Shown: in pieces, positions 38,951 to 51,610 of the stretch
Layout: the number at the start of each line of letters is the position of its first letter
Position numbering within the stretch: the first letter of the stretch is position 1
NCBI RefSeq assembly: GCF_001194135.2
Contig: NC_068993.1
Coordinates: 11,683,191-11,738,634, forward strand
Source: Octopus bimaculoides
Taxonomy: Eukaryota
Reading direction: 5' to 3'
DNA length: 55,444 nt
Notes under the pieces: generated by a model
Database searches by the model: none
Told to the model about the DNA's origin: nothing
What the model saw: only the letters and a program-made list of their open reading frames with translations
Made by a program: the position numbers and the translations under genes

Positions 38951-40608
38951 TATTTGTCATATGCGCGAAGTTGCAGACGTTGGGTCTTGAAGGTGGAACG
39001 TAGCATTCCCATAAGGAAGGGGTATTTTTTATATATGTTGATAACGTCGTTTCTCAGTTTTAAAAGACGGAAATAGCTGTAGTGGGAACACACTTTGTCG
39101 GTTCCGATCTTTGTTTTACCAGAAAACATTTTAACTCTTATATTTATTCTTTTATTATTTTTCACTTTTATTATATATATATATATATATATAAATATAT
39201 GTGTGTGGGGTTGGGGGTGGGTATGTGTGTGTTTCTTCAGCTAAATTTACAATCACTAAAATGTGATCATCATAATTCTCATGACAACCGGGAAGTCATA
39301 ACGAATGTTAGCGTTATACGTAATGCTAAACTTTTGATTTGAAACATTTAGTTTTCCCCTCTTTTGTTAGATGACATTGGCAAAGTATAGCCGTTGCAAT
39401 GCCTTTAGGACAGGTCAGAGGAAGTGGGGTTGTTATCCTACAATAAAAAGAACTCAGGCGGCTGATTGATCAAACAGCGATTATTCAACTTTTAATAAAA
39501 GAAAAAAGGACTGGAGTCATATTACGTTTACCAGGCAAGGATATATAGAATCCCCACCGAAAATGTTCTTCCACAGTTTAATTGTACCAATTTTCCGTAC
39601 GGGATCTCAAAGAAGTATCAAATTCAAATTTACATATTGTATGTATTCAAATATTTTTGTAGATAATATCTTGCACAAATAACAGAAATAATCAATAGGA
39701 AATAATAACTTGTTCAAATATCTTATGAATGTAAATTCCGAGGACGATTTTCGGCAATCTAAAATACTCATACACACACGCAAGAACACACAAACAAACA
39801 CACATGCACGCACGCACGCAAGAGCACGCGCACTCAAACGAGCATACACATGTATCTTTTGCAAGCTGCAATAATATATGTATGATGCTTATGGTTAACT
39901 TAGTGTCTGTTTAGAATATACTTTGTACTGAATAACAACTGTCATAATTATAAACCTCTTTTGCAGAGCCAGAGACCATATTTCTTAAAATATGTTGAAC
40001 GAGATTATATGGCATTCATCTGTTGTCTAATATATTAGAATTTTCTGTTCTCCTTTAACACATGCTTTTTTTCATTATTAGAGGGGAAAAAAACAATATT
40101 GTTTTACTTGCTTTTGAATTACAACGAAGAAAATTAAACCAAAAACAATTCTTATTTGGTCCTCCATTCTTTTGTAATGTTTAATAAATATAAATGTTAA
40201 GTATGCACACTCTCTGTCTCCTCCTTTCTCGTCCCCTCTCTCTAGCCATATATATATATTACATGTGAAGGATTGAATATACAGAACAACAAGGAGAAAA
40301 AGACGAAAGCAGAGCAAACAGGAGACAAGAGGAAAACTCAACATATCGGTAATATAGACAAAGACACGATACACGGAATATTCGCAGCTGAGATTCCCTC
40401 GTCAGTCAATGACCAAATTTTCGCACCGTTATCATTGAGACCACTCAACATTGGAGGTGCCTGTGCTGTTATTAACCTACTGGAGGAAAAAAAAATAGCG
40501 AATGTATACAGTGGCAGAAGCAAGTAAGACATATATAGATACAACAGACGAAAGATTTTGCATATATAACAACGCGAATATATATGTATATATATATATA
40601 TCTATCTA

Positions 40609-40653
<45 letters not shown>

Positions 40654-41403
40654 TTCCAGAATTGCTTCCCTCCCTAGCGTGTAATCTCTTCACTGAAGAT
40701 CTATTAGACCCAACACCGTTTGGGAATCGGTGTTCATTTAAATTCAGTGATCAACTCTGATGATACCGGTATGACTTTGAACCTCTATAATGATTCATAA
40801 TAATGATTTTTATATTTCCTAATTCCACCTCAAATCATCTAATTGTATGTATATATATCTTTGCTTCTTTTAAAAAAAAACTTTATTTTTCTAATATCTA
40901 ATGTATATTTTCTTTGTCTTTCTTTTTTGGCACTAGTATGACGTGACGTTAATACAGCAATTGTTTCTTTACCAGCAAGATTTTTTTTTCTGCTTATGTG
41001 GTTTTTCCGTTGTATAACATTTGTTTTTATGTATTCACTAAATAATAAACACCATTATTTTAGTGGAGAGATGTGATGTTTTTTTTTTTATTTTACTGAA
41101 ATAAACTTATATCATAGAATACTCCTTATACATCACCGAAAATCTTCCGTTAGAGAACTGTAGTATCTTGTCTAATATGTCCGATGCAAATGAATTCAGA
41201 ATTTCGAATGGTAAATATTTTAGTTAAACAGTTGCAATTTTTGAAAGTAAAGAAATAAATCTGGTGACATTTAAACATTTCACAAATCCGATCCAAAGGG
41301 TATCAGATGTACATTCAGTTGTACATTTTAATTAATTATTTTAATAACATACATGTATACTTGTATATACATACATGCATTCACACGCACACATTCATAC
41401 AAA

Positions 41404-41437
<34 letters not shown>

Positions 41438-41949
41438 NNNNNNNNNNTATATATTATTAACGGCCTAAGGATCCTGCTAACCTTGATCTTACTAGATATT
41501 TCTGATATATATGCATAAACAAATGCACAACTGTTGATTAACTGAACAGATTTTTAAGATGAAACGAAAAAAAACTAAAAACTACGGATATTTAAAGCGG
41601 AATTGCAAAAAAGAAAGAAAGGATTTATATTGGGAAAATATTGGAATCGTATAATATAAAATACAACGGCTCATGTTACAGTTTGAATGTATGACATCTG
41701 AAATCTAGAAAATTATTTTAAATGTCAGATGTGCAAGATAGGATTAATATTTTTGTATTTCTTCAAGGCTATTAGGATCTATATTAGATATGGATATTCA
41801 TTGCACGTGTATATTCAGCTGAGCAAATAATTAGATCAGAAAAAAAAAAAGGATTTCCGTGTTTATATATATTTACGTTATATATCGGTGGGCGGGCAAT
41901 CTGCAAATATGAATGCGTTTACATATCTTTCTAACAACTCATATGTCGA

Positions 41950-42030
<81 letters not shown>

Positions 42031-42040
42031 ATCTATCTAT
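41950..42040. repeat. (TCTA)n microsatellite
   Basis: Direct inspection. Confidence 0.95.
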
Positions 42041-42073
42041 ATATGTGTGCGTGTGTGTGTCTGTCTATATATA

Positions 42074-42110
<37 letters not shown>

Positions 42111-43337
42111 NNNNNNNNNNNNNNNNNNNNNNNNNNNNNNNNNNNNNNNNNNNNNNNNNNNNNNNNNNNNNNNNNNNNNNNNNNNNNNNNNNNNNNNNNN
42201 NNNNNNNNNNNNNNNNNNNNNNNNNNNNNNNNNNNNNNNNNNNNNNNNNNNNNNNNNNNNNNNNNNNNNNNNNNNNNNNNNNNNNNNNNNNNNNNNNNNN
42301 NNNNNNNNNNNNNNNNNNNNNNNNNNNNNNNNNNNNNNNNNNNNNNNNNNNNNNNNNNNNNNNNNNNNNNNNNNNNNNNNNNNNNNNNNNNNNNNNNNNN
42401 NNNNNNNNNNNNNNNNNNNNNNNNNNNNNNNNNNNNNNNNNNNNNNNNNNNNNNNNNNNNNNNNNNNNNNNNNNNNNNNNNNNNNNNNNNNNNNNNNNNN
42501 NNNNNNNNNNNNNNNNNNNNNNNNNNNNNNNNNNNNNNNNNNNNNNNNNNNNNNNNNNNNNNNNNNNNNNNNNNNNNNNNNNNNNNNNNNNNNNNNNNNN
42601 NNNNNNNNNNNNNNNNNATATATATATATATATATATATGTATATACACACGTATGTGAGTGCGACTGTGTGTTCGTGTGTATGTGTGTGTCTGTGTGCG
42701 TAAACACAATATTTATTTCACATAGATGGACATCGTCACTGTCATGTTCTTTAAACTTCATTGCTAATGATTAACAAAATTTGTTTACAAACTTGTGATA
42801 AAAGAAAGCTACATTCCCGCATAGTTAGTGATATGAAAGTATTTACATCTAATTAGTAGACTTCAATAAGGGAGCTAGCATCTCACTATATATAAGATTT
42901 AATGATCAAAAATTCAAAGGGATTTTCTTGCGAAAGTAATGGCCGTTCAATATTTATTACATCCATACAGATATAATCGAATATATATATTCGTATTCAT
43001 ATATCGGTATACATAAACACATTTATACATTCACACGCGTATATGAATTTCAAAGTAGTCACTATATGGCAAATGATTTGACGCAAACCGTATCGCTTCC
43101 ATAGCTACTGATCTTATGATCCGATTTTAAAAGTGGATAAAGCAGGAGAATATACACTAATGGTTAATACATACTAAACTTGGAGAAATTTAGCTAATAT
43201 ACGGAGAATGAGAAGGTGGGGAGTTTCGGAACAATATGCTTTCCGTTCGTGAAATCTGCCAAACGGACAATTAAGAGAATATGTAAATGTATGTATACAA
43301 TGTAAAATAAATAAAATGTGTATATAAAATATATAAA

Positions 43338-43570
43338 TACTCTTTTACTCTTTTACACATTTCAGTTATGCTGTAGTACTGCCTTTAGTCGGACAAATCG
43401 ACCCGAAAACTTATTATTCTTAAAGCTTAGTACTTTTTCTATCAGCCCTTTAAGACCTACTAAGTTACGCAGTCTTAAAAACGCCAACACTTGTCAAGCT
43501 GTGATGTGAGACAAACACAAACATACACACAAATATATACACACACACGAACACAGTTTCGTCCAGTATT
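43338..43570 (-). mobile_element. SINE family B, 3' half
   Basis: Plus strand begins TACTCTTTTACTCTTTTAC (tandem tail), then GCCTTTAGTCGGACAAATCGACCC..CTAAGTTACG..CTTGTCAAGC..GACAAACACAAAC. Confidence 0.8.
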
Positions 43571-44350
43571 GACCAGGCTATGTCAAAGATTTAAAGTTGG
43601 TGCATATTAGTAATACTATGGACATCATAACCCATTTTGTGTGGAGAGTTATTGTATATAGAGATATATCGAGCGATAGGTGGTTTATCTGGAATTCATT
43701 GGAGATAATCCACCAGGAACCATTTAAGTATTAAGGGATCATTTACCTCTCCTATGTCTTTTCTTATGATGTTAAAAAGAGCAGGGCTAGTTAAGGTGAA
43801 ATAGTTCTGCATTAGTAGTTTGATACGTCCCTATGCATATACATATGTATGTATATAACAACAACAACAATAATAATATATATCTATCTATCTATCNNNN
43901 NNNNNNNNNNNNNNNNNNNNNNNNNNNNNNNNNNNNNNNNNNNNNNNNNNNNNNNNNNNNNNNNNNNNNNNNNNNNNNNNNNNNNNNNNNNNNNNNNNNN
44001 NNNNNNNNNNNNNNNNNNNNNNNNNNNNNNNNNNNNNNNNNNNNNNNNNNNNNNNNNNNNNNNNNNNNNNNNNNNNNNNNNNNNNNNNNNNNNNNNNNNN
44101 NNNNNNNNNNNNNNNNNNNNNNNNNNNNNNNNNNNNNNNNNNNNNNNNNNNNNNNNNNNNNNNNNNNNNNNNNNNNNNNNNNNNNNNNNNNNNNNNNNNN
44201 NNNNNNNNNNNNNNNNNNNNNNNNNNNNNNNNNNNNNNNNNNNNNNNNNNNNNNNNNNNNNNNNNNNNNNNNNNNNNNNNNNNNNNNNNNNNNNNNNNNN
44301 NNNNNNNNNNNNNNNNNNNNNNNNNNNNNNNNNNNNNNATATATATATAT

Positions 44351-44950
44351 CAGTAGCTGGACGCCGACGAAGCTCCGCGGCACTTCTCGAAGCCATGGTC
44401 GCTACAAAAGAAGGTCATGACGATTGTTTGGTGTTCCGCGGCCGGTCTCATCCATCACAGCTTTTGGGATCCAGGCGAAATCATTAAGGCGAATTACTTT
44501 CAGCAAATGGGTGCAATGCATAAGAAACTCCGACAACAACAGTCAGCATTGGTCAATAGAAAAGGACCAATTCTTCTCTACGACAACGCTTGGCCGCACG
44601 TAGCACAGCTAACCCTGTAGAAAGTGAGCGAATTGAGCTACGAAACTCTTCCTCAGTCGCTATACTCAGACCTCTCGCCTACCGACTACCACTTTTTCGA
44701 GCATCTCGATTACTTCCTACGTGAGAAATGCTTGAAAAACCAAGACGATTACAAACACGCCTTCAATGACTTCATCGCCACCAGAACGCAGGATTTTACG
44801 CTACTGGCATAAATAAACATGTTTCACATTCTCAAAAGTGTGCTGATTCTGATGGAGCTTATTTCGATTAATAAAGTTTTGTTTGATCCGAGATATGTGC
44901 ATCTGAATGTAAAGGCTAAAATCCACAAGAACTTTCTTGACAACCTTTTA
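44351..44950 (+). mobile_element. Mariner transposon (Hsmar1/cecropia-like), 3' half of a transposase pseudogene plus right TIR
   Basis: Reads LDADEAPRHFSKP..QKKVMTIVWCSAAGLIHHSF..LVNRKGPILLYDNAWPHVAQ..YSDLSPTDYHFFEHLD..FYATGINK..QKCADSDGAYFD* (stop 44869-71), with the second and third catalytic Asp motifs. Has in-frame stops and frameshifts. A TIR-like AAAATCCACAAGAACTTTCTTGACAACCTTTTA ends at ~44950. The 5' part is probably in the gap. Confidence 0.92.
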
Positions 44951-45883
44951 CATCTATTCAAACGTAATCTCTTTCTGCCCCTTGTCTACTATATTATATG
45001 TTATATACTATATTATACTATACAAATTTCGTTTCCATCGTATTTCATTCATCTTGCTCTTTTCATTCGGCTATTTAAAATAAAATTTATTTTATTTTTA
45101 ATTTGTTAACAAGTATTTACTAATGAGTGGAATTTTCACACCGCGTCATAAGGATGGATTTGTTACGCCATCTTAATTCTACGTATTGCCTGCATTTACA
45201 GGTCGTTTATACACGCTGTAACATCTTAATTCCTTGAAAACCCGTTGAACTCCTTAGGGGCATTGCACATTTCTGTCACTAATAGTAGAGATATCTTACA
45301 TTTATTACAGATTTAACATTTGATATAACATTAACTACGGCACTTTATGGCTTAAACATTACAATATATATTTTTTTTAAATATTATACACAAATGTTTT
45401 TAATTTCATCATGTACTTTAATCAATTTTATCTTCATCTCTACTTATCCAGAATTTTCCGAACATTATTCAAATTTATTACGAATTAATTTATCTGAATT
45501 AAATTTTATCTTTTCGCTTATCTCCATGCCACTGTCGAAAGCTTATACTAATTGTAATTTAATCTAACTTCATTTTCTTCCATATTTGCTTAACAATTGA
45601 TTACTATTTCGATTGTAATAAAAGTAGGTTAAATAATTTCCCTACACACGCCTCTTTCTGCAGCTTTTCGTCCTAGCTTGAACTTGAATAGGGAAATTAT
45701 GCGAATTTGCTTTTTGTCTATATTGACTTCAACGTCCTGCATAAAAGGCCTAATTATTCAAAAAGAAAAGGAGTAACACGATTATATAGAGGGAAGAACG
45801 GGCTTTAAAATGATATATAAAGTCAAAGTAATTTAATGATAATTAATTTGAAAATACATTATTTAAAACTAAAATTTATTATT

Positions 45884-45911
45884 CCGCAAGAACTTTCTTG
45901 ACAACCTAATA
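45884..45911 (+). repeat. Orphan mariner right-hand TIR
   Basis: CAAGAACTTTCTTGACAACCT (45887-45907) is identical to 44926-44946 and continues AATA. Confidence 0.8.
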
Positions 45912-46653
45912 AAATGTAACACGAATAATCATTAATTTCCAAGGCAAATATGTGTGTAACTTAAACTTTCTCTGCGTCTAGTGTTATAACACTTCTAATT
46001 CATCTTTAAGTTATTCATATTGCAAGAACAATTACATTTGCTTCATTTTTATCACTATTCTAGACGTATAATTTAGCATATAGTTTTTGAGATGATTTTA
46101 AAAAGGTCTCTGGACTAATGAGCATGTATGTAATGCAATGCTATGCAACTAGTTGGTCTTTTGTTTCAGGCAAAAGACAAATACACGGTTTTCTTAACAG
46201 CTGATAAATCAGGAGAGATAAAAATAGGAAATAAATAATTCCCCTATACTATACCAGCTCCATTAATTATTTCCAATTTTAAAATAATTTTCATTTGTTT
46301 CCTTCTTAAAGTATATTCATACTATACATACGCACATTGCATCCATTATATATTCACACAAATACGTACACACACACAGACATACATACACATACACACA
46401 CACGCACACACACACACATACATATATATAAACAGAATTTCCAACATATAATTAGCAGAGAAACAGGGAAGATATATGTCCAAAAAGATACCAGGAAACC
46501 ACCTATTGGAAAATGATAAACATAAATGCAACAACTAAGATCTATATATATATATATTATAAAGATTTCGTTTGTCATGTTTTATTTAGCTTTCCTTTTT
46601 GATTAAATGTATTTTCCTGTTGATGCTGTTGCTGCTGTATATTCGTCATTGAT

Positions 46654-46696
<43 letters not shown>

Positions 46697-47233
46697 CCAT
46701 CATGAACTTCGGAGTCGACAGCGGCGGCGTCATTGTCTTCATCATTGCCGTCATCATCAACATCAGCACCATCACTACCGCCACCACCATGTATGCATGT
46801 GTATATATGTGTGTGTGTGTCTGTATATATATATACATATATATATATAGATTCATACATATATGGTGGTTATTTACTCCTTATGCAAAGTCTGACCACC
46901 TCTTGTACTTATACCTTAGATCTATCATGGCGTCTGATGTGGCTTTTTATATCTTACAATGCTTTGGAAAGACACGCACATAAATTGCAAATCTGCTTTG
47001 GACCACCGAGGGGTGCAGTTAAGTTCTGATCTTTGTAGATCCTAAATGTCCTTTGAGGCCTCCGTTAGATTTGTAAACCCTATGATATACACGGCATTGA
47101 CAGGTATGCACATATAGAGAGGCATAGTAGTTAGTAGAGGTTGGTACTTCATGGGTCCACAAATGAAATCGGAGCCCATCAAAGGAAAGGCTTTCATACA
47201 TATATACGTACATACATACATGCGTACAAGCTT

Positions 47234-47303
<70 letters not shown>

Positions 47304-48006
47304 ACACCTGTATATCGAGAGAGTGGAAGAGAGGGAAGTGGAAGATGATCGTGCGTCTAGAGGTGGGTGTACGTCTGCTATTGTTAAGTTAGGTAGAAAC
47401 GTAGATCAACATCATCCAGTCGGCTTCCAGTATGAATGCTTCGATAACTACTCGACTGATTAGAATTATTAGTTATGACATACAGTCTCGCCATCTATCC
47501 AAATCTAGACATTAGTTCACTGTAAAATAATGCGATATTAAATAGGAGAAACACTTTGAACTATTTGTTTATGCTGAAAAATACATAATTTATTTCTGCT
47601 ACCATTGTAAAAAGGTGAGTGAATTATTCTGCTTCGTTAAAGGTTGTAAGCGAGACAAGTAATATATTATGGAAAAAGATGCGAAAATTATCAAGGGTAA
47701 GGAAATAGTTACACTTCTTTCCGAATGATGCGACTATTACTGACTGTCAAGGGAAGTTGGTTGCTAGACGATGAAAGAACGGTGCCACCGGCAAAATATA
47801 CTGACAATAATGTATGACCGGCGATACGGAACTGAGTAGAGATCTGCTGTGGAGGTATCTGGAATTGGACGTCGACGAACAGAATCAACACACTAGGTTT
47901 AAAAGAATTGACATGAACTTATATATTCGATTACATGGGATAATTCTAAAGAGCGAACACAGATCAAAACATAAAATGAAAATGATTACCTTTCTAGTAG
48001 TGCCGT

Positions 48007-48402
48007 GTGGAGGCGCAATGGCCCAGTGGTTAGGTCAGCGGACTCGCGGTCATAGGATCGCAAGTTACAATTCTCAGACCGGGCGTTCTGAGTGTTTATT
48101 GAGCGAAAACACCTAAAGCTACACGATGCTCCGGCAGGGGATAATGGCGAACCCTGCTGTACTCTTTCACCACAACTTCCTCTCACTCTTACTTCCTGTT
48201 TCTATTGAGCCTGTAATTCAAAGGGTCAGCCTTCTCACACTGTGTCACGCTGAATATCCCCGAGAACTACGTTAAGGGTAGACGTGTCTGTGGAGTGCTC
48301 AGCCACTTGTACGTTAATTTCACGAGCAGGCTGTTCCATTGATCGGATCAACTAGTAGCCTCGACGTCGTAAGCGACGGAGTGCCAACAACAACAACAAC
48401 AG
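48007..48402 (+). mobile_element. Full-length tRNA-derived SINE (family C) with a (CAA)n tail and 10-bp TSD
   Basis: A-box head TGGCCCAGTGGTTAGG and (CAA)5 tail; GTAGTGCCGT is duplicated at 47997-48006 and 48403-48412. Confidence 0.9.
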
Positions 48403-49254
48403 GTAGTGCCGTAATATAAACTACATCTGGAATGTAGTAAACTAGAATGTGCAAGAGATTCAGGCAATATATACAAATATCTTTTGACTAATTCACTGAG
48501 AAGCTGAGACAAAGCAAATATGTATCCCTGGGCAAACTTAGGAAATCAGAAGACTTGTACAATTTCAGTTGATATATAAAACCACTAAAATTGGATTAGA
48601 TACACATTTGCCTAAAACAATATCGAGACATTCGAATTTTGAAAGATGAGGAAAACGAAAAACTCTCACTAAAAAATATAACGAAGCACAGATATTTAGT
48701 AACAATGTTTACTTCACAGATATTTTCAAAACTCCAAGACTCATAGATAGTACTAGACAAAATATACATCACAGAAATAAGTTATAACAAAATAAAGTAA
48801 AAAAATAGAAGTAGAATTGTAAAAAAAGAATTATGCGCGATATTAAGAAATATTTTCCAATTCAGACATGAAATATATTAGTCACTTTAACAATATAGAA
48901 TGTGCTTCAAGAAACATGAAGTTATTTTGGCTGTGATGTCTTTGCCCATAGAAGGGCCTGTTCAGTTGTACCCGAGCCGAGGCAGGAATAAAACATACGT
49001 TAAAATGTGCCAGAACCTAACCAGAAATATAATATATAGTATAATATAATGTAATATAATATAATATAATAAAATGTACTATGATACAACATAATGCAAT
49101 ATGATGTACCATACTATAATATAATATACCTATGAATGGAAAACATGATCGCATCTGTATTATTTTTCTGTTGTTCAGAACAGTCGTCGATTGAACTGTC
49201 GAGGGAAACCTGTTACACACGAATGTTTTACAGGCAATGAAATTACTCGCACGC

Positions 49255-49258
49255 ACGC

Positions 49259-49299
<41 letters not shown>

Positions 49300-49337
49300 C
49301 ACACAGTCTCTGTATCTCTCTCATTCTCTCTCTCTCA

Positions 49338-49430
<93 letters not shown>
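49255..49430. repeat. (CA)n and (CT)n microsatellites
   Basis: Direct inspection. Confidence 0.95.
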
Positions 49431-49699
49431 GCGAGCGCTCTCTGTCCATCCGTTGCAGACATGCAAAAACACGCCGTTGAAGTCTGCGAGCTTTCTTTTC
49501 TTTCTTACTTTTATAATTGCATTATACGATGTATCCTTATATTTTCAAGAAAAAACAGCTGTCACTCTCATGAACCTCATTTCTATATTTCTATTAACAC
49601 AAGAAAGTGAGACTTTCAACGCAATAATCTTTTCTATACTTCCATATATGTAACAAATAAATATCTGTTAACTGTATTATTCATTTGTCTTTCTTCCAA

Positions 49700-50080
49700 C
49701 GTATATTCCACCTTCTAATAGTCACAATCATTGGGATCCGGCCATGCTGGCCACTGCTCTGAAGGTTTTCAGTCAAATGAATCGCACCGTTTACTTATTA
49801 TTCTTTTAAGACAGGTACTATTGATCCCTTTTCTCGAACTACTAAGTTATGGGGACATAAACATATCAACACCGCTTGTCAAGTGATGGTGGGCGCTAAC
49901 ACACACAAGCTGATATATATATATATATATATACGACAGATTTTTTCAGTTTTCACCTACCAAGTCATTGCTCAGCCCGAGATTATAGTAGACCACACTT
50001 GTCCAAGGGACCAAGTGACAACACAGTGGGACCGGAACCATGTTGTTAGCAACCCAACTTCTTCCAACAGATCCCTACAA
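49700..50080 (-). mobile_element. SINE family B, near full length
   Basis: CGGCCATGCTGG..CTAAGTTATGGGGACATAAAC..GCTTGTCAAG..(AT)n..CAGCCCGAGATTATAGTAGACCACACTTGTCCAAGG..GGAACCATGTTG. Confidence 0.85.
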
Positions 50081-50228
50081 TTGACCATAAGCTACACACG
50101 ACTTTGCTGGACACATTTGGTCGTTTGTAACGAAGTATAAAATCGCAGTAAATGATAATCGTAACCTATAATTTTAAATCTAATCTTTCATCTATAACAA
50201 TGTCTCAACTTATCTATTAATCACTATG

Positions 50229-50266
<38 letters not shown>

Positions 50267-50829
50267 GAGGTTAGCATCTTTTATTGTTGTTTTCATGACA
50301 TGACTGGTAAAACTAGACAAATGTTGACACATTTTATGGAACTTATATATGGAGGTACGATGAGTGGAGTTTCTAATTTCTAATTAGCTCGCACATCTCT
50401 TGTATCGCTTTATCTGATCTATTCCTTAATATGCTGTGTGTCATATGATTTCGAAATACTATTTAGGTCATTTACGACGAGTCATATCAAACGCGTTGAG
50501 TAATTAATATGTCAGCCATATCATTCACAAGATCTAAACGATATTCTTTCAGTTTCTGATGTTTTCTCACATGACAAAGTTATCTGGAGTTAATAGGGTA
50601 CCACCGAGTCCTGTGACTCGGGACGGTAGGAACTCTACATTTTTAAGAAAGATTATCCAGGACAACATTATACCAATTGTATAAAGCAATTGTACGCAAA
50701 GAATTTTGGTCACAGTTGATTGCATATTACAATGCTAAGAGTTTAAAAGAGGTGCGTCGATTAGAAAACACATCCCAGTTATCGAATTGAGACAAGAATG
50801 CTGAGTTTTAACTTATGATACGTCTACTT

Positions 50830-50990
50830 AAGCAAGGTAGGTAAAACTAATTTTGGTAGTCTTGTGACAGCTAGTAAACGTACCGAAATTTTGAAATCAC
50901 TATGGATCTTTTCCTAATAAAAGAATATACATATACATACATACATCTATAAATACATACCTACATATACATACACAGACACACATACAC
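50830..50990 (+). repeat. Partial copy of an unclassified dispersed repeat
   Basis: AAGGTAGGTAAAACTAATTTTGGTAGTCTTGTGACAGCTAGTAAACGTACCGAAATTTTGAAATCACTATGGATC matches ~51101-51185. Confidence 0.85.
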
Positions 50991-51001
50991 ATATATATCA
51001 G

Positions 51002-51225
51002 AATTACCTTTCCCATTCTTTTTTTCAAGGCATAATATTGTTCAATATATCTAATGAAATTATTTGGAAAGTCTGGAAAGAAAGGAAGGAAGATTAATCA
51101 TAAGGTAGGTGAAGCTAAGTGTTAAATTTTGGTAGTCTGATGACAGCGAGTAAACGTATCGAAATTTAGAAGTCACTGTGGATCAGTTCCTAATAAAATA
51201 ATATACATATACATACATATATACG
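51002..51225 (+). repeat. Left arm of an inverted pair (unclassified repeat)
   Basis: Collinear with the reverse complement of 51375-51610. Confidence 0.85.
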
Positions 51226-51327
51226 TATGTCTATAGACCAGCAGGAAAAGCTGTTTCCCTGAGGTTTAAAAGTCCTATTCAGGACTACCACGTTATGTTG
51301 GCAAATAAACTTTACTATATATATATA

Positions 51328-51374
<47 letters not shown>

Positions 51375-51384
<10 letters not shown>

Positions 51385-51610
51385 ATATATTATTTCATCA
51401 GGGAAGGGTCCATAGGGACTTCAAAATTTCGGTATGTTCACTAGCTGTCACCAGACTATCAAGATTTAACATTTAGCTTTACCTACCTTACATAGGGTTA
51501 TGATAAATTTTCCTTCCTTTTTTTCAGATTTGCCAAATAATTTGAATATATCTACCGAACAATTATGCCTTGAAAAATAAAATGAATTGGAAAGATAATA
51601 CTGGTAATTA
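51375..51610 (-). repeat. Right arm of the inverted pair (unclassified repeat)
   Basis: Reverse complement AATTACC..TTCAAGGCATAAT..AAATTATTTGG..AAAGGAAGGAA..TAAGGTAGGTAAAGCTAAATGTTAAAT..TAGTCTGGTGACAGC..CCGAAATTTTGAAGTC. Confidence 0.85.

Noticed and set aside
40338-40527. Overlapping protein-like ORFs on both strands with a strong minus-strand NAGNAG acceptor
   Set aside because: No convincing donor partner or homology; left unannotated.
51130-51180. CTGATGA...GAAA...GTC hammerhead-like pattern in the fold-back arm
   Set aside because: No stem II can form, and the paralogous copies read CTGGTGA and CTTGTGA, so the core is not conserved.
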